This document shows positions 41,548 through 51,354 of a stretch of 64,000 nucleotides of DNA, piece after piece. Within the stretch, counting starts at the first letter, position 1; every line of letters begins with the position of its first letter. The DNA is from Candidatus Entotheonellaceae bacterium. GTDB lineage: Bacteria > Tectomicrobia > Entotheonellia > Entotheonellales > Entotheonellaceae. A program made the translations under genes and the position numbers. The stretch is taken from contig OZ250173.1 in the NCBI GenBank assembly GCA_965238075.1, forward strand, positions 2,592,001-2,656,000. Reading direction: 5' to 3'. A model generated the notes under the pieces. That model made no database searches, was not told where the DNA came from, and saw nothing but the letters and a program-made list of their open reading frames with translations.

Positions 41548-43053
41548 TTACGCCCGTTTGGCGATATACCCGTAAGCGGTGTTGTCACGCAGGGCCGTGA
41601 GCTTACCAGCCGCGTCGTAATCCCGCTTGATTTGCGCAAACTTGTCCTCGCTCAGGCGGCCATAGTTAGCCTGCAGATCGAGGTTGTACAAGCGTGCGGA
41701 GTTGAGGCCGAAGATCTGTTGCTTGACTGAGCTGTCGGCACCACCCAGAGGCGCGAAGCCGTACTTCTCCTGCATGTCCTCGGGGATTTCCATCCGGCGC
41801 ATCGCCTCGATCTGCCACTGCGGCGAACCGTAGAGCACGGAGTCGGTGCCCCACACGACGTTGGAGGCGCCCAGGCCCTTGATCCAGGTGCCCAGAATCG
41901 CCGCCGTGAGGCGCGGGTTGACGATGGACGTGGATGCGAAGGTCGTACCCATTTCGGCGTAGATGTTCGAGGCGCCGTTCTGGGCCGGGATGTCGGCCAG
42001 ATCCGAACACCACTCGATCCTGCCGGTATTCTCGAAATCGCCCAAGCCATCTTCGGGCTTGTCGAACCAGGCCCGGAAGCAGCCGTGGTAGATGATGAAG
42101 TTGAGCTGCGGCCAGTCTGCCGCGGCCTTGACGAGGTCGCGCGGCGTCTGGTATTCCCACACGCCAGCCCAGCTCTGCTCGTAATCCCTCGGCATCAGGC
42201 CCTTGTGGATGCACAGGTTGACGATGCCCGCCTTCGCGGCTTTCTCGTAGAACGGGTACATCAACTTCTCGTCATCGAGCCAGAAAGGATACTTCGTTTT
42301 GGCAGACAGGGGATCGCCGATGGTGTAGAGCTTCCAGCTTGCGGGCGGCCGCTCGGCCAGGGCGCGGTCGACTTCTTCCATCCAGCCGGGCTGTCCCGGG
42401 GTCACCACGTTATGGGCCAGCATGCGGGTGTGCCCCGCCGTGGTGTTGACCATCTTGGCGGCTTCGGCGATCTGCGCGTTGCTGAGGAATTCCCAGGAAT
42501 CGTCATCAAACGGCGCACCGCTCAACACCGACACGTCGGTATCGCTGTTGAGGTAAATCTGCCGCACGTAGTTCTCGAACTTGATCAGATAGATGTCGAT
42601 GTTATTGGGGTCCATCCCCGTCTTAAAGTCCGTGGCCGTCTGCTGCAAGAAGCCGAGGAAGCCTTCCTGCGAGTAGTCGTCGCGCACGAAGTGGGTCTGC
42701 ACGTCGAAGATGAACTGCTGCCTGAGGGCTTCGGCGCGCTCGTTGGCCATGGCGGCGTCGGCGGCCTCGGCCTCGGACACGTTGAACACGTTGCCGTACA
42801 CGCTGTTCATCGCCAGGAAGGCGGCGGCCATGCCGGAACTGGTTTTGAGGAACTCGCGGCGGTCCATGCCCTGCTTGGCACCGTACGTGTCGGCCAGTTC
42901 CTTGATGCGTGCTTCAACTTGCTTTTGCTGTGCGTTCTGCGGCGGCGGGTTGAATTCGCCGTTGGAGATGACCTGCGTGGGAATCGGCGAGTGGAACGCG
43001 TTTTCCGCTCCTTCGACGAGTGAAAACTCACGATCACTGAAATAGGTACCCAT
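41548..43053 (-). CDS. Amidohydrolase_2-family protein with an internal twin-arginine-like motif, tandem copy
   Basis: FDVQTHF, CIHKG, IIYHG, WGTDS; DRREFLKTSSGMAAAFLAMN. Confidence 0.87.
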   Translation of the reverse strand: MGTYFSDREFSLVEGAENAFHSPIPTQVISNGEFNPPPQNAQQKQVEARIKELADTYGAKQGMDRREFLKTSSGMAAAFLAMNSVYGNVFNVSEAEAADAAMANERAEALRQQFIFDVQTHFVRDDYSQEGFLGFLQQTATDFKTGMDPNNIDIYLIKFENYVRQIYLNSDTDVSVLSGAPFDDDSWEFLSNAQIAEAAKMVNTTAGHTRMLAHNVVTPGQPGWMEEVDRALAERPPASWKLYTIGDPLSAKTKYPFWLDDEKLMYPFYEKAAKAGIVNLCIHKGLMPRDYEQSWAGVWEYQTPRDLVKAAADWPQLNFIIYHGCFRAWFDKPEDGLGDFENTGRIEWCSDLADIPAQNGASNIYAEMGTTFASTSIVNPRLTAAILGTWIKGLGASNVVWGTDSVLYGSPQWQIEAMRRMEIPEDMQEKYGFAPLGGADSSVKQQIFGLNSARLYNLDLQANYGRLSEDKFAQIKRDYDAAGKLTALRDNTAYGYIAKRA

Positions 43054-43125
43054 TATTACTTACCCTCACATGTTAACAATGTTGTACTACACAGGTGCGG
43101 ACGATGACGCGTGTCCGCTTGATGA

Positions 43126-43160
43126 GTGCATGCGGGACGGGAAGACCGGCCCGCATGCAC
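43126..43160. terminator. Intergenic hairpin between the tandem amidohydrolases
   Basis: 11-bp perfect stem gtgcatgcggg/cccgcatgcac, no clear U-tract. Confidence 0.4.
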
Positions 43161-43191
43161 CGTTGGGGCAAGAGCGGAAACTCAGATCCGA

Positions 43192-44697
43192 TTAGGCACG
43201 TTTGGCAATATAGCCGTACGCCTTGTTGTCACGCAGGGCGGTGAGCTTGCCGGCCTGATCGTAGTCCCGCTTGATCTGCGCGAACTTGTCCTCGCTGAAC
43301 CGACTGTAGTCGGCTTGCAGGTCGAGGCCGTATAGGCGCGCAGAGGTGAGACCCAAGATCTGGTTCTTGACCGCGCCATCGGCGGAGCCAAGCGGCGCAA
43401 AGCCGTACTTCTCCTGCATATCTTCGGGTATTTCGAGGCGGCGCAGGGCGTCAATCTGCCACTGCGGCGAGCCGTGAAATACGGAGTCCGTTCCCCACAC
43501 CACGTTGGAGGCGCCGAGGCCGTTGATCCAAGTGCCCAGGATGGCCGCCGTGAGGCGCGGGCTGACGATTGCTGTCGAAGCGAAGGTGGTACCCATCTCC
43601 GCATAAATGTTCGAGGCGCCGTTTTGCGCCGGGATCTCGGCAAGGTCGCTGCACCACTCGATCCTGCCGGTGTTCTCGAAGTCGGCCATGGCATCTCCGG
43701 GCTTGTCGAAGAAGGCCCGGAAGCAGCCGTGGTAGATGATGAAGTTGAGCTGCGGCCAGTCTTTCGCCGCCTTGACGAGGTCGCGCGGGGTTTGGTATTC
43801 CCACACGCCGGCCCAGCTGTCGGCGTAATCCCTCGGCATGAGCCCCTTGTGGATGCAGAGATTGTTGATGCCCGACTTCACGGCCTTCTCGTAGAAGGGG
43901 TACATCAGCTTCTCGTCATCGAGCCAGAAGGGGTATTTCGTCTTGGGAGTCAGCGGGTCGCCGATGGTGTACAGCTTCCAACTGGCGGGTGGCCGCTCGG
44001 CCAGGGCCTGGTCCACTTCATCCATCCAGCCGGGCTGTCCTGGCGTTATCACCGCGTGGGCCAGCATGCGGGTATGCCCCGCCGTCTGGTTGACCATATT
44101 GGCGGCTTCGGCAATCTGCGCGTTGTTGAGGAACTCCCAGGTGTCGTCATCGAAGGGCGCGCCGCTCAAGACGGATACCTTGGTATCGCTGTTGAGGTAG
44201 ATCTGGCGCACATAGTTCTCGAACTTCATCAGGTACATGCTGATGTTGTTCGGGTCCAGGCCGTTTTTCCACACGTCGGCGCCTTCTTTCAGGAAGCCGA
44301 GGAAGCCGTCCTGAGTGTAGTCGTCGCGTACGAAGTGGGTCTGGACGTCGAAGACGAACTGGTTCTTGAGGGATTCAGCGCGTTCGTTGGCCATGGCGGC
44401 GTCGGCAGCCTCGGCCTCTGAGACATCGAACATGTTGCCGTACACGCTGTTCATGGCCAGGAAAGCGGCGGCCATGCCGGAACTGGTTTTCAGGAACTCG
44501 CGGCGGTCCAGGCCCTGCTTGGCGCCGTACGTATCGGCCAGTTCCTTGATGCGCGCTTCGACCTGCTTCTGCTGCGCGCTCTGCGGTGGCGGATTGAACT
44601 CCCCATTCGAAACGACCTGGGTTGGAATCGGTGAGTGAAAGGCGTTTTCCGCGCCTTCCACGAGCGAGAATTCTCTGTCACTGAAATAAGTACCCAT
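43192..44697 (-). CDS. Amidohydrolase_2-family protein with an internal twin-arginine-like motif, tandem copy
   Basis: Same length (501 aa) and highly similar to 41548-43053, with many synonymous differences. Confidence 0.87.
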   Translation of the reverse strand: MGTYFSDREFSLVEGAENAFHSPIPTQVVSNGEFNPPPQSAQQKQVEARIKELADTYGAKQGLDRREFLKTSSGMAAAFLAMNSVYGNMFDVSEAEAADAAMANERAESLKNQFVFDVQTHFVRDDYTQDGFLGFLKEGADVWKNGLDPNNISMYLMKFENYVRQIYLNSDTKVSVLSGAPFDDDTWEFLNNAQIAEAANMVNQTAGHTRMLAHAVITPGQPGWMDEVDQALAERPPASWKLYTIGDPLTPKTKYPFWLDDEKLMYPFYEKAVKSGINNLCIHKGLMPRDYADSWAGVWEYQTPRDLVKAAKDWPQLNFIIYHGCFRAFFDKPGDAMADFENTGRIEWCSDLAEIPAQNGASNIYAEMGTTFASTAIVSPRLTAAILGTWINGLGASNVVWGTDSVFHGSPQWQIDALRRLEIPEDMQEKYGFAPLGSADGAVKNQILGLTSARLYGLDLQADYSRFSEDKFAQIKRDYDQAGKLTALRDNKAYGYIAKRA

Positions 44698-44965
44698 GGG
44701 AATGCCTCCTCTTTAAGGTACACAAAGGACAGAACTTCTTCCGTTTCCATAGAACACAACCCGGCAACAGCCAAAGGACACCGCGGCATCCCGTTGCCGT
44801 TGCTGGTTGTCTCAATGATCACCACGGTAGCGCGCACTCTAGCGCAGTCATTTTACCCATGTCAATAGAGTATTTGCATTTCGGACGTATTTGCGTTTCG
44901 CACAATAAGGATTTCGACTGATGTTCGGGAGCAATCCAAGGCGAGCTTCCGGGGATGACATGGGG

Positions 44966-44996
44966 TTTGACACCGTCAAACGGCTATCAGTATAGT
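44966..44996 (+). promoter_or_regulatory. Putative sigma70 promoter of the RND pair with a palindrome over the -35 box
   Basis: TTGACA-18 nt-TATAGT; TTTGAC-ACC-GTCAAA inverted repeat. Confidence 0.45.
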
Positions 44997-45096
44997 ATGC
45001 CATCCTTTGAGACGAACGGGTGTGAGGGTCGCCAGTGGCTTCGACAGCAAATGGTGCGCTTAAGGCTGCTATGGAGATAAGGCTAAGATAAAGCTC

Positions 45097-46470
45097 ATGA
45101 AGAACAAGACCAGTTGCACTCCTTCCATGATGACCTCTTCTTCTATAAGTGGACAAGGAGGCGGCCGACGCCGTTACGGTGCTTGGGCCTGCTGGCTTTT
45201 CCGAACCGGTCGACCGCCGGGTGCGGTTGTCCTGTGGGTTTGTGTACTTGCCTTGTCTGCCTCTACGTGGGGCACGGCGGGCGCCCAAGACGCGCCGCAG
45301 GGCCCGCCCCCGGCGCCGGTGACGACGGCCGTGGCCGAGGGTGGGGCGTTCAGCAAGCCGGTGCACGTGACGGGCACGGTCGAGCCGCTGGCCAGCACGG
45401 TGCTTTCGAGTGAAGTCGATGGTTATCTGGCCGAACTGCTGGTTGATGAGGGCGACACCGTGACCGCGGGGCAGGTGTTGGCCCAGATTCGTGCCTTGCC
45501 GTACCGCTATGCTCTGGAGCAAGCCCAGGCACTGGCGCGGGCGGATCAGGAGCGCCTGCGGGAGTTGCGCCAGGGAACCCGCGAGGAAGACATCGTGATG
45601 GCCAAGGCGAATCTCGCCAAAGCCGAGGTGGTGGCGGAAAAGGCGAACAAGCGCTATGCCCGCAGCCAGTCGTTGCTGGAGAAGAAGATCATCAGCGATG
45701 AGGAATTAGACGAGGCGCATGAACGCTGGGAGGAAGCCCAAGCGACATTGGAGGTCGAGAAGGCGACCTATGACCGCGCCTTGGCCGGGGCGCGCGAAGA
45801 GGAGATAGGGGCTGCTGAGGCCCACGCCGCTGCCAGTGAGGCACAGGCTGCCGTGGCCAAGGACCTGCTCGAGCGCGCCACGATTCATGCCCCGTTCGAT
45901 GGCGTGATCACCGCAAAACATACGGAAGTCGGGTCGTGGCTTTCGATCGGCGAAGGCGTCTTCGATCTCGATACCACCAGTAAGGTGCGTGTGCGGGTGG
46001 ACATTCCAGAGACGTATTACGGCCGGATTGTCATCGGCAGTGACATGTCGATTACCTTCGACAGCGTTCCCAATCAGAGTTTCGTCGGCAAGGTGACGAA
46101 GAAAATTCCGCGCGCCAGTGGCAGGAGCCGGGCCTTCCCCATTTTGGTGAATCTGGATAACCGCGAAGGTCACTTGGCGTCCGGCATGTTGGCCCGTGTG
46201 ACGCTGGAGACCCCGAACACGGGCGAGCGTAGTGTCATCGTACCGCGCGACGCCTTGGTGCCGCGCGGTACGAACCACATCCTGGTGCGCGTGCAGGACA
46301 AGGACGGTCAGCCGATTGCGGAGATTTTGCCGGTTAAGCCGGGGCGCTATTTCGGCGAGGCGGTGGAGGTATTTGGCGATTTACAGGCCGGCGACCGTGT
46401 CGTGGTGCGCGGCAATGAGCGGCTGCGCCCGGGTCAGCCTCTGGTGCTGGATCGGTTTCTGACAAATTAA
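45097..46470 (+). CDS. RND efflux periplasmic adaptor (MFP); start uncertain
   Basis: SEVDG.L..L.VDEGD.V..GQVL, coiled-coil hairpin, I.APFDGVI, L.AGDRVVVRG. Confidence 0.88.
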   Translation: MKNKTSCTPSMMTSSSISGQGGGRRRYGAWACWLFRTGRPPGAVVLWVCVLALSASTWGTAGAQDAPQGPPPAPVTTAVAEGGAFSKPVHVTGTVEPLASTVLSSEVDGYLAELLVDEGDTVTAGQVLAQIRALPYRYALEQAQALARADQERLRELRQGTREEDIVMAKANLAKAEVVAEKANKRYARSQSLLEKKIISDEELDEAHERWEEAQATLEVEKATYDRALAGAREEEIGAAEAHAAASEAQAAVAKDLLERATIHAPFDGVITAKHTEVGSWLSIGEGVFDLDTTSKVRVRVDIPETYYGRIVIGSDMSITFDSVPNQSFVGKVTKKIPRASGRSRAFPILVNLDNREGHLASGMLARVTLETPNTGERSVIVPRDALVPRGTNHILVRVQDKDGQPIAEILPVKPGRYFGEAVEVFGDLQAGDRVVVRGNERLRPGQPLVLDRFLTN

Positions 46471-46515
46471 ACGGTGCTTACGGCGTTGGGCACCGGGAGT
46501 TGAGGGCGTTAAACG

Positions 46516-49500
46516 ATGATTCGATACTTCATTCGGAATGGCATTGCCGTCTCCGTACTAAGCATGGCGTTGTTGCTGTTCGGCGTGCTGGCCCTGTTCA
46601 GCCTGCCTATCCAGCTTACCCCCGACGTTTCGGCGCCGGTCATCAGCGTTGTGACCTACTATCCTGGTGCGACCCCGGAGGATATCGAGCAGGACATCCT
46701 GATCGATCAGGAACAGTACCTGAAGAGCCTTCCCGGGCTGGAGAAGATGATCAGCACGGCTTCGATGGGGCAGGCGGAGGTCGAGCTGGAATTCGGGTTG
46801 GAGACGAACCAGCAGGAGAACATCGTACGTATTAACAACGCCCTCGCACAGGTGCCCGGCTACCCGGAGAACGTGGATGAGCCGACGATTCAAAGCTCCC
46901 GTGCCTCCGAGCAGCCAGTGGCCTGGATCAGTGTGCGTACTCGCTCCGACCACCCGGAATCGCTCGATGTGCAGGAAATGTTCGACTACGTGGAGGACCA
47001 CGTTAAACCGTATTTCGAGCGGCTGACGGGCATTTCCAGCGTTCGCGGCGTATACGGCGGTACTGAGCGGCAGATGCAGGTGATGATCGATCCCACCAAG
47101 TTGGCTGATCGGGGCATTCCCATTTCCAAAGTGCGGTCGGCGATTCGGGCCCGTAACCGCGACGTATCCGGCGGCGACCTGGACGAGGGCAAGCGGCGTT
47201 TCAACGTGCGCACGGTCGGCCGCTATGAATCCTCTGCCGATATCGAAGATACGATCATCGACATCCAGGACGGCACACCCATCTACCTGCGCGATGTCGG
47301 TTACGCCCGCCTGGGACACGCCGAGAAGCGCACCCTGATCCGCCAAAATACCGAACCCGCTCTGGCGTTTGGTCCGCAACGCAAGCGGGGGACGAACCTG
47401 CTGGTCGTCATGGAACAGGTCCAACAGGCCATTCGGGACATGAATGATGGGCCCTTGCGCGCGAAGGGTATCTACCTGACACAGGTGACGGATAGCACCA
47501 GCTACGTCCGCGACGCGGTCGACATGGTGCGGTTCAACCTGCTTTTTGGCGGCCTGCTGGCCCTTGGCATCCTGTTAATCTTCTTGCGGCACGCCCGTTC
47601 CACCCTGATCGTCGGCCTGGCTATTCCGCTGTGCGTCATCGGTGCCTTTTTCGTGATCAGCGTGTCCGGACGTTCCATCAACGTGATCTCGCTGGCGGGC
47701 CTCGCCTTCTCAATCGGCGCCGTCCTCGATGCCTCGATCGTCGTGCTGGAGAACATCTACCGACACCGCTCCATGGGCAAATCGTCCTTTGATGCAGCCT
47801 ACGACGGCACCAGCGAAGTGTGGACGGCTATCCTGTCCTCGGTCCTGACGAATGTCGTGGTCTTCACGCCCATTATCACGTTGGCGGACGAAGCAGGGCA
47901 GATCTTCCGCGACCTCGCCATCGCTATCGTGGCGGCTAATATTCTGGCCCTGATTGTTTCCATCCTCATCATTCCCCCTCTCGCCGCCCGGCTGCTCACG
48001 AGCGTGCCGACGATGGGCAAGCAGGGATTCGCGGGGCAACTGCAGCGCCTGTTCGGAGTCGCCTCCTTGGCAGCCAGAATCCATGACGGCTTTCTGCGAT
48101 CCGCGCTCACTTGGCTGATGGCCGGCGTCATCCGGCGCATCATCGTCACGGCGTCGGTCTTGGCCTTTGCGGTGGCGTGCATCGTGGCTTTCATGCCCAA
48201 GACGGAATACCTGCCGGAAGGCAATCGGCAAACGATTATTGGCGTCCTCATCCCGCCGCAGGGTTACGGCATGCCTGAGATAACGGCTATCGGGAAGGAA
48301 TTGGAGAAGCGGGTGAAGCCGATGCTGGATGCCTCCGTGGCCGATTTCGAGGAAGGTCGAGTTGAGGCGCCGCCGCTGAAATACTTCTTCTTCGCGGCAT
48401 TTCGCAATCGCATGTTCCTCTTCACCCGCCCGAAGAGCCGCGCCCACCTGTCTGCGGTGCCGCCCGCTCTGCAGCGCCTTATGAGCGATGTCCCAGGCAC
48501 CATAGCCTTTGCTATCAAGATGTCCATTTTCAGCCGCGACATCATGGGTTCGCGCGCTATCAATGTCGATATCATCGGTCCTGACGTAAAGGTCCTGACC
48601 AACATTGCGCAGGGAACCTTTTTCAAAGTCTTGCAAGCGCTGCCCGGGGCGCGACCCGAGCCGAAGCCGGGTATTGAGATCGGCCAGCCGCAGGTGATCG
48701 TGCGGCCCGACTGGGAACGCGCCGCGCAGCTTGGGATCGACGTGCAGGACATCGGTTACAGCACCTGGGTGCTGGGCGATGGGGCCTATGTGGACGATTA
48801 TTACCACGAAGGCGACAAGATGGACCTGTACCTCTATTCCACCATGGGGGCTTACGACACCCTGGGGAATTTCGAGAACATCCGCATCGCGACGCGGTTG
48901 GGAGATACGGTGCCGCTGTCCGATGTTGCCAGTATTGATTTCACCTACGGTCTGGAACGCATTCGCCGTGTGGATAACCAGCGCGCGGTGACCCTGCGGA
49001 TTACCCCGCCCAGCAACATCTCGCTGGAAGAAGCAATTGAGATCGTGCAAAACGACATCATTGGCGCCGTGCAAGCGGATGGCATGGTACCGCCGGGATA
49101 TACCATGCGCATCAGCGGCACCAGCGATAAGCTGTCAGCCATTCGTGCCAAGCTCGGCACCGACTTCCTGCTGGCGCTGATGCTGACGTATCTCACGATG
49201 GTTCTGGTGTTCCGCCACTGGGGTTATCCTCTGGCCGTTATGCTGTCGGTTCCCATCGGTTTGACGGGCGGCGTGCTGGGCCTCTGGGTGCTTAACCGCT
49301 ATTTGGACATCGTCAGCCCGGGAACTATTCAGTCGCTTGACGTTCTGACCATGCTTGGCTTCGTCATTCTGCTGGGCAGTGTCATCAACAACCCCATTCT
49401 GATCGTGCAGCAGGCAATCAATTTTATGCGCCAGGGTCTGGATGCCCATCAGGCGATTGTGGAATCGACCCTGACCCGCATCCGTCCAATCTTGATGACG

Positions 49501-49746
49501 ACGGGAACCACCATTTTCGGCTTGATGCCGCTGGTGCTGAACCCTGGTGCCGGCAGCGAGTTGTACCGCGGCCTCGGCATGGTCATGTTCGGCGGCCTCA
49601 TTCTGGGCACCGTTACGACCATTGTCTTCATCCCGTCGGTCATGTCGCTTATGTTCGACTTTGTTGGACTGCTACGGCGACAGAGCAGCTTCGCGGCTGC
49701 TGCCGCGACACCGGCGCCACTCGCCAGCGAAGCCGGTAGCGACTAG
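46516..49746 (+). CDS. RND efflux permease (AcrB/AcrD/AcrF family)
   Basis: 1076 aa; LPIQLTPD, LDASIVVLENI, GSVINNPIL, RIRPILMTT. Confidence 0.93.
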   Translation: MIRYFIRNGIAVSVLSMALLLFGVLALFSLPIQLTPDVSAPVISVVTYYPGATPEDIEQDILIDQEQYLKSLPGLEKMISTASMGQAEVELEFGLETNQQENIVRINNALAQVPGYPENVDEPTIQSSRASEQPVAWISVRTRSDHPESLDVQEMFDYVEDHVKPYFERLTGISSVRGVYGGTERQMQVMIDPTKLADRGIPISKVRSAIRARNRDVSGGDLDEGKRRFNVRTVGRYESSADIEDTIIDIQDGTPIYLRDVGYARLGHAEKRTLIRQNTEPALAFGPQRKRGTNLLVVMEQVQQAIRDMNDGPLRAKGIYLTQVTDSTSYVRDAVDMVRFNLLFGGLLALGILLIFLRHARSTLIVGLAIPLCVIGAFFVISVSGRSINVISLAGLAFSIGAVLDASIVVLENIYRHRSMGKSSFDAAYDGTSEVWTAILSSVLTNVVVFTPIITLADEAGQIFRDLAIAIVAANILALIVSILIIPPLAARLLTSVPTMGKQGFAGQLQRLFGVASLAARIHDGFLRSALTWLMAGVIRRIIVTASVLAFAVACIVAFMPKTEYLPEGNRQTIIGVLIPPQGYGMPEITAIGKELEKRVKPMLDASVADFEEGRVEAPPLKYFFFAAFRNRMFLFTRPKSRAHLSAVPPALQRLMSDVPGTIAFAIKMSIFSRDIMGSRAINVDIIGPDVKVLTNIAQGTFFKVLQALPGARPEPKPGIEIGQPQVIVRPDWERAAQLGIDVQDIGYSTWVLGDGAYVDDYYHEGDKMDLYLYSTMGAYDTLGNFENIRIATRLGDTVPLSDVASIDFTYGLERIRRVDNQRAVTLRITPPSNISLEEAIEIVQNDIIGAVQADGMVPPGYTMRISGTSDKLSAIRAKLGTDFLLALMLTYLTMVLVFRHWGYPLAVMLSVPIGLTGGVLGLWVLNRYLDIVSPGTIQSLDVLTMLGFVILLGSVINNPILIVQQAINFMRQGLDAHQAIVESTLTRIRPILMTTGTTIFGLMPLVLNPGAGSELYRGLGMVMFGGLILGTVTTIVFIPSVMSLMFDFVGLLRRQSSFAAAAATPAPLASEAGSD

Positions 49747-49821
49747 AAGGAGATCTAGCGGGCGCCCTATCGCCGTCCGGTCTGCGTTTTCGGTCACAAC
49801 GAAATGAAAGGGGAGTCGGAT

Positions 49822-50763
49822 ATGATACTCGGCAGTGGTGACTTACGCTTCGAACCGGTGGTCGATTGGGAAAAGCTGCCGGCGGGTTGGTCGTTCGTCG
49901 ATGTCGCCGGCGTGGCGGTCGATTCCCACGATAACGTGTACGTGCTGAACCGCAGCGAGCACCCCGTCATCGTCTTCGACCGCGACGGGAATTTCCTGCG
50001 CTCCTGGGGCGAGGGCGCTTTCAGCGACCGCACGCACGGCATTTACGTCGGACCCGACGACAGCGTCTATTGCGTGGATGACGGCCTGCACACGGTTCGC
50101 AAATTCACGACCGAAGGCAAACTGCTCCTCACCCTCGGCACGGAAAGCCAGCCGGCTCCCAAATGGGCCGGTAAGCCCTTCAACCGCCCGACGCATGCGG
50201 CAGTCTCGCCGATTACCGGCAATCTGTATGTTTCCGACGGTTACGGCAACTCCCGTGTTCATATCTTCACGCCCGACGGGCGGCCCGTGCATTCCTGGGG
50301 TGAGCCCGGCATCGACCCCGGACAGTTCATTCGCCCGCACAACGTGGCCATCGATCAGGATGATCAGGTGTATGTGGCCGACCGGGAAAACCACCGTATT
50401 CAGGTATTCGACGCCAAGGGCAACTTCCTCAGCATGTGGAACAATATCCACCGTCCCGACGGCATCTGCCTCGACAAGGCCGGTTATCTGTACATCGGCG
50501 AGTTGAACGGCATGGCCGGCGTCGATGATGCGCCCGGCTTGGGGCACCGGGTGAGCATCTACAACCTGAAAGGCGAGTTGCAGACGCGTTTTGGCGACCC
50601 CGAGGAGGGGGAGGGGCCGGGCCAGTTCATCGCGCCGCACGGGGTGGGCGTCGACTCACGCGGCGACGTCTATGTCGGCGACGTGGCCTACACCATCCGA
50701 GGACGACACCTCGAGCCGCCGCGGGAATTGAAGTGTTTGCGGAAATTCAGCCGGAAGCGATAG
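49822..50763 (+). CDS. NHL-repeat beta-propeller, peptidyl-alpha-hydroxyglycine lyase (PAL)-like
   Basis: FNRPT, YVSDGYGNSRV, PGQF..PH, VADRENHRIQVFD repeats. Confidence 0.87.
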   Translation: MILGSGDLRFEPVVDWEKLPAGWSFVDVAGVAVDSHDNVYVLNRSEHPVIVFDRDGNFLRSWGEGAFSDRTHGIYVGPDDSVYCVDDGLHTVRKFTTEGKLLLTLGTESQPAPKWAGKPFNRPTHAAVSPITGNLYVSDGYGNSRVHIFTPDGRPVHSWGEPGIDPGQFIRPHNVAIDQDDQVYVADRENHRIQVFDAKGNFLSMWNNIHRPDGICLDKAGYLYIGELNGMAGVDDAPGLGHRVSIYNLKGELQTRFGDPEEGEGPGQFIAPHGVGVDSRGDVYVGDVAYTIRGRHLEPPRELKCLRKFSRKR

Positions 50764-50795
50764 GCGGGCCGGTGCCAGGCGAATTGGGGGGAGCC

Positions 50796-51344
50796 ATGTC
50801 AGGTACGTTGGCGACGGCAACGTTTGGAACCGGGTGTTTCTGGTGCACTGAGGCGGTGTTCTTGGAGGTTAAGGGCGTCCATCGTGTCGTTTCCTGCTAC
50901 GCTGGCGGCCACACGAAAAATCCGACCTATCAGCAAATCTGCACGGGCACGACCGGCCATGCGGAGGTCATCCAGATCACCTTCGATCCTGCCGTCATTA
51001 CCTTCGAGGACCTGCTCGAGGTGTTTTGGCGCACCCACGATCCCACCACGCTGAACCGCCAGGGGGCCGACGTTGGCACGCAGTACCGTTCGGTGATCTT
51101 TTACCACGACGACGAGCAGCGGGTGAGCGCCGAAAAATCCAAGCAGGAGACGGACGCCTCCGGGTTGTGGAAAGACCCGATCGTTACCGAGATCACGCCT
51201 TTCGACACGTTCTATACCGCCGAGGGCTACCACCAGGAATTCTACCAGCGCAACCCGCACCAGCCGTATTGCTTCGTGATCATCGACCCCAAGATGAAGA
51301 AGTTTCGCAAGGACATGCCGGACATCCTCAAGACTGCGAAGTAA
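50796..51344 (+). CDS. msrA: Peptide-methionine (S)-S-oxide reductase
   Basis: GCFWC, TGHAEV, HDPTTLNRQG.DVGTQYRS, AE.YHQ. Confidence 0.95.
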   Translation: MSGTLATATFGTGCFWCTEAVFLEVKGVHRVVSCYAGGHTKNPTYQQICTGTTGHAEVIQITFDPAVITFEDLLEVFWRTHDPTTLNRQGADVGTQYRSVIFYHDDEQRVSAEKSKQETDASGLWKDPIVTEITPFDTFYTAEGYHQEFYQRNPHQPYCFVIIDPKMKKFRKDMPDILKTAK

Positions 51345-51354
51345 CCGCGCTGTG

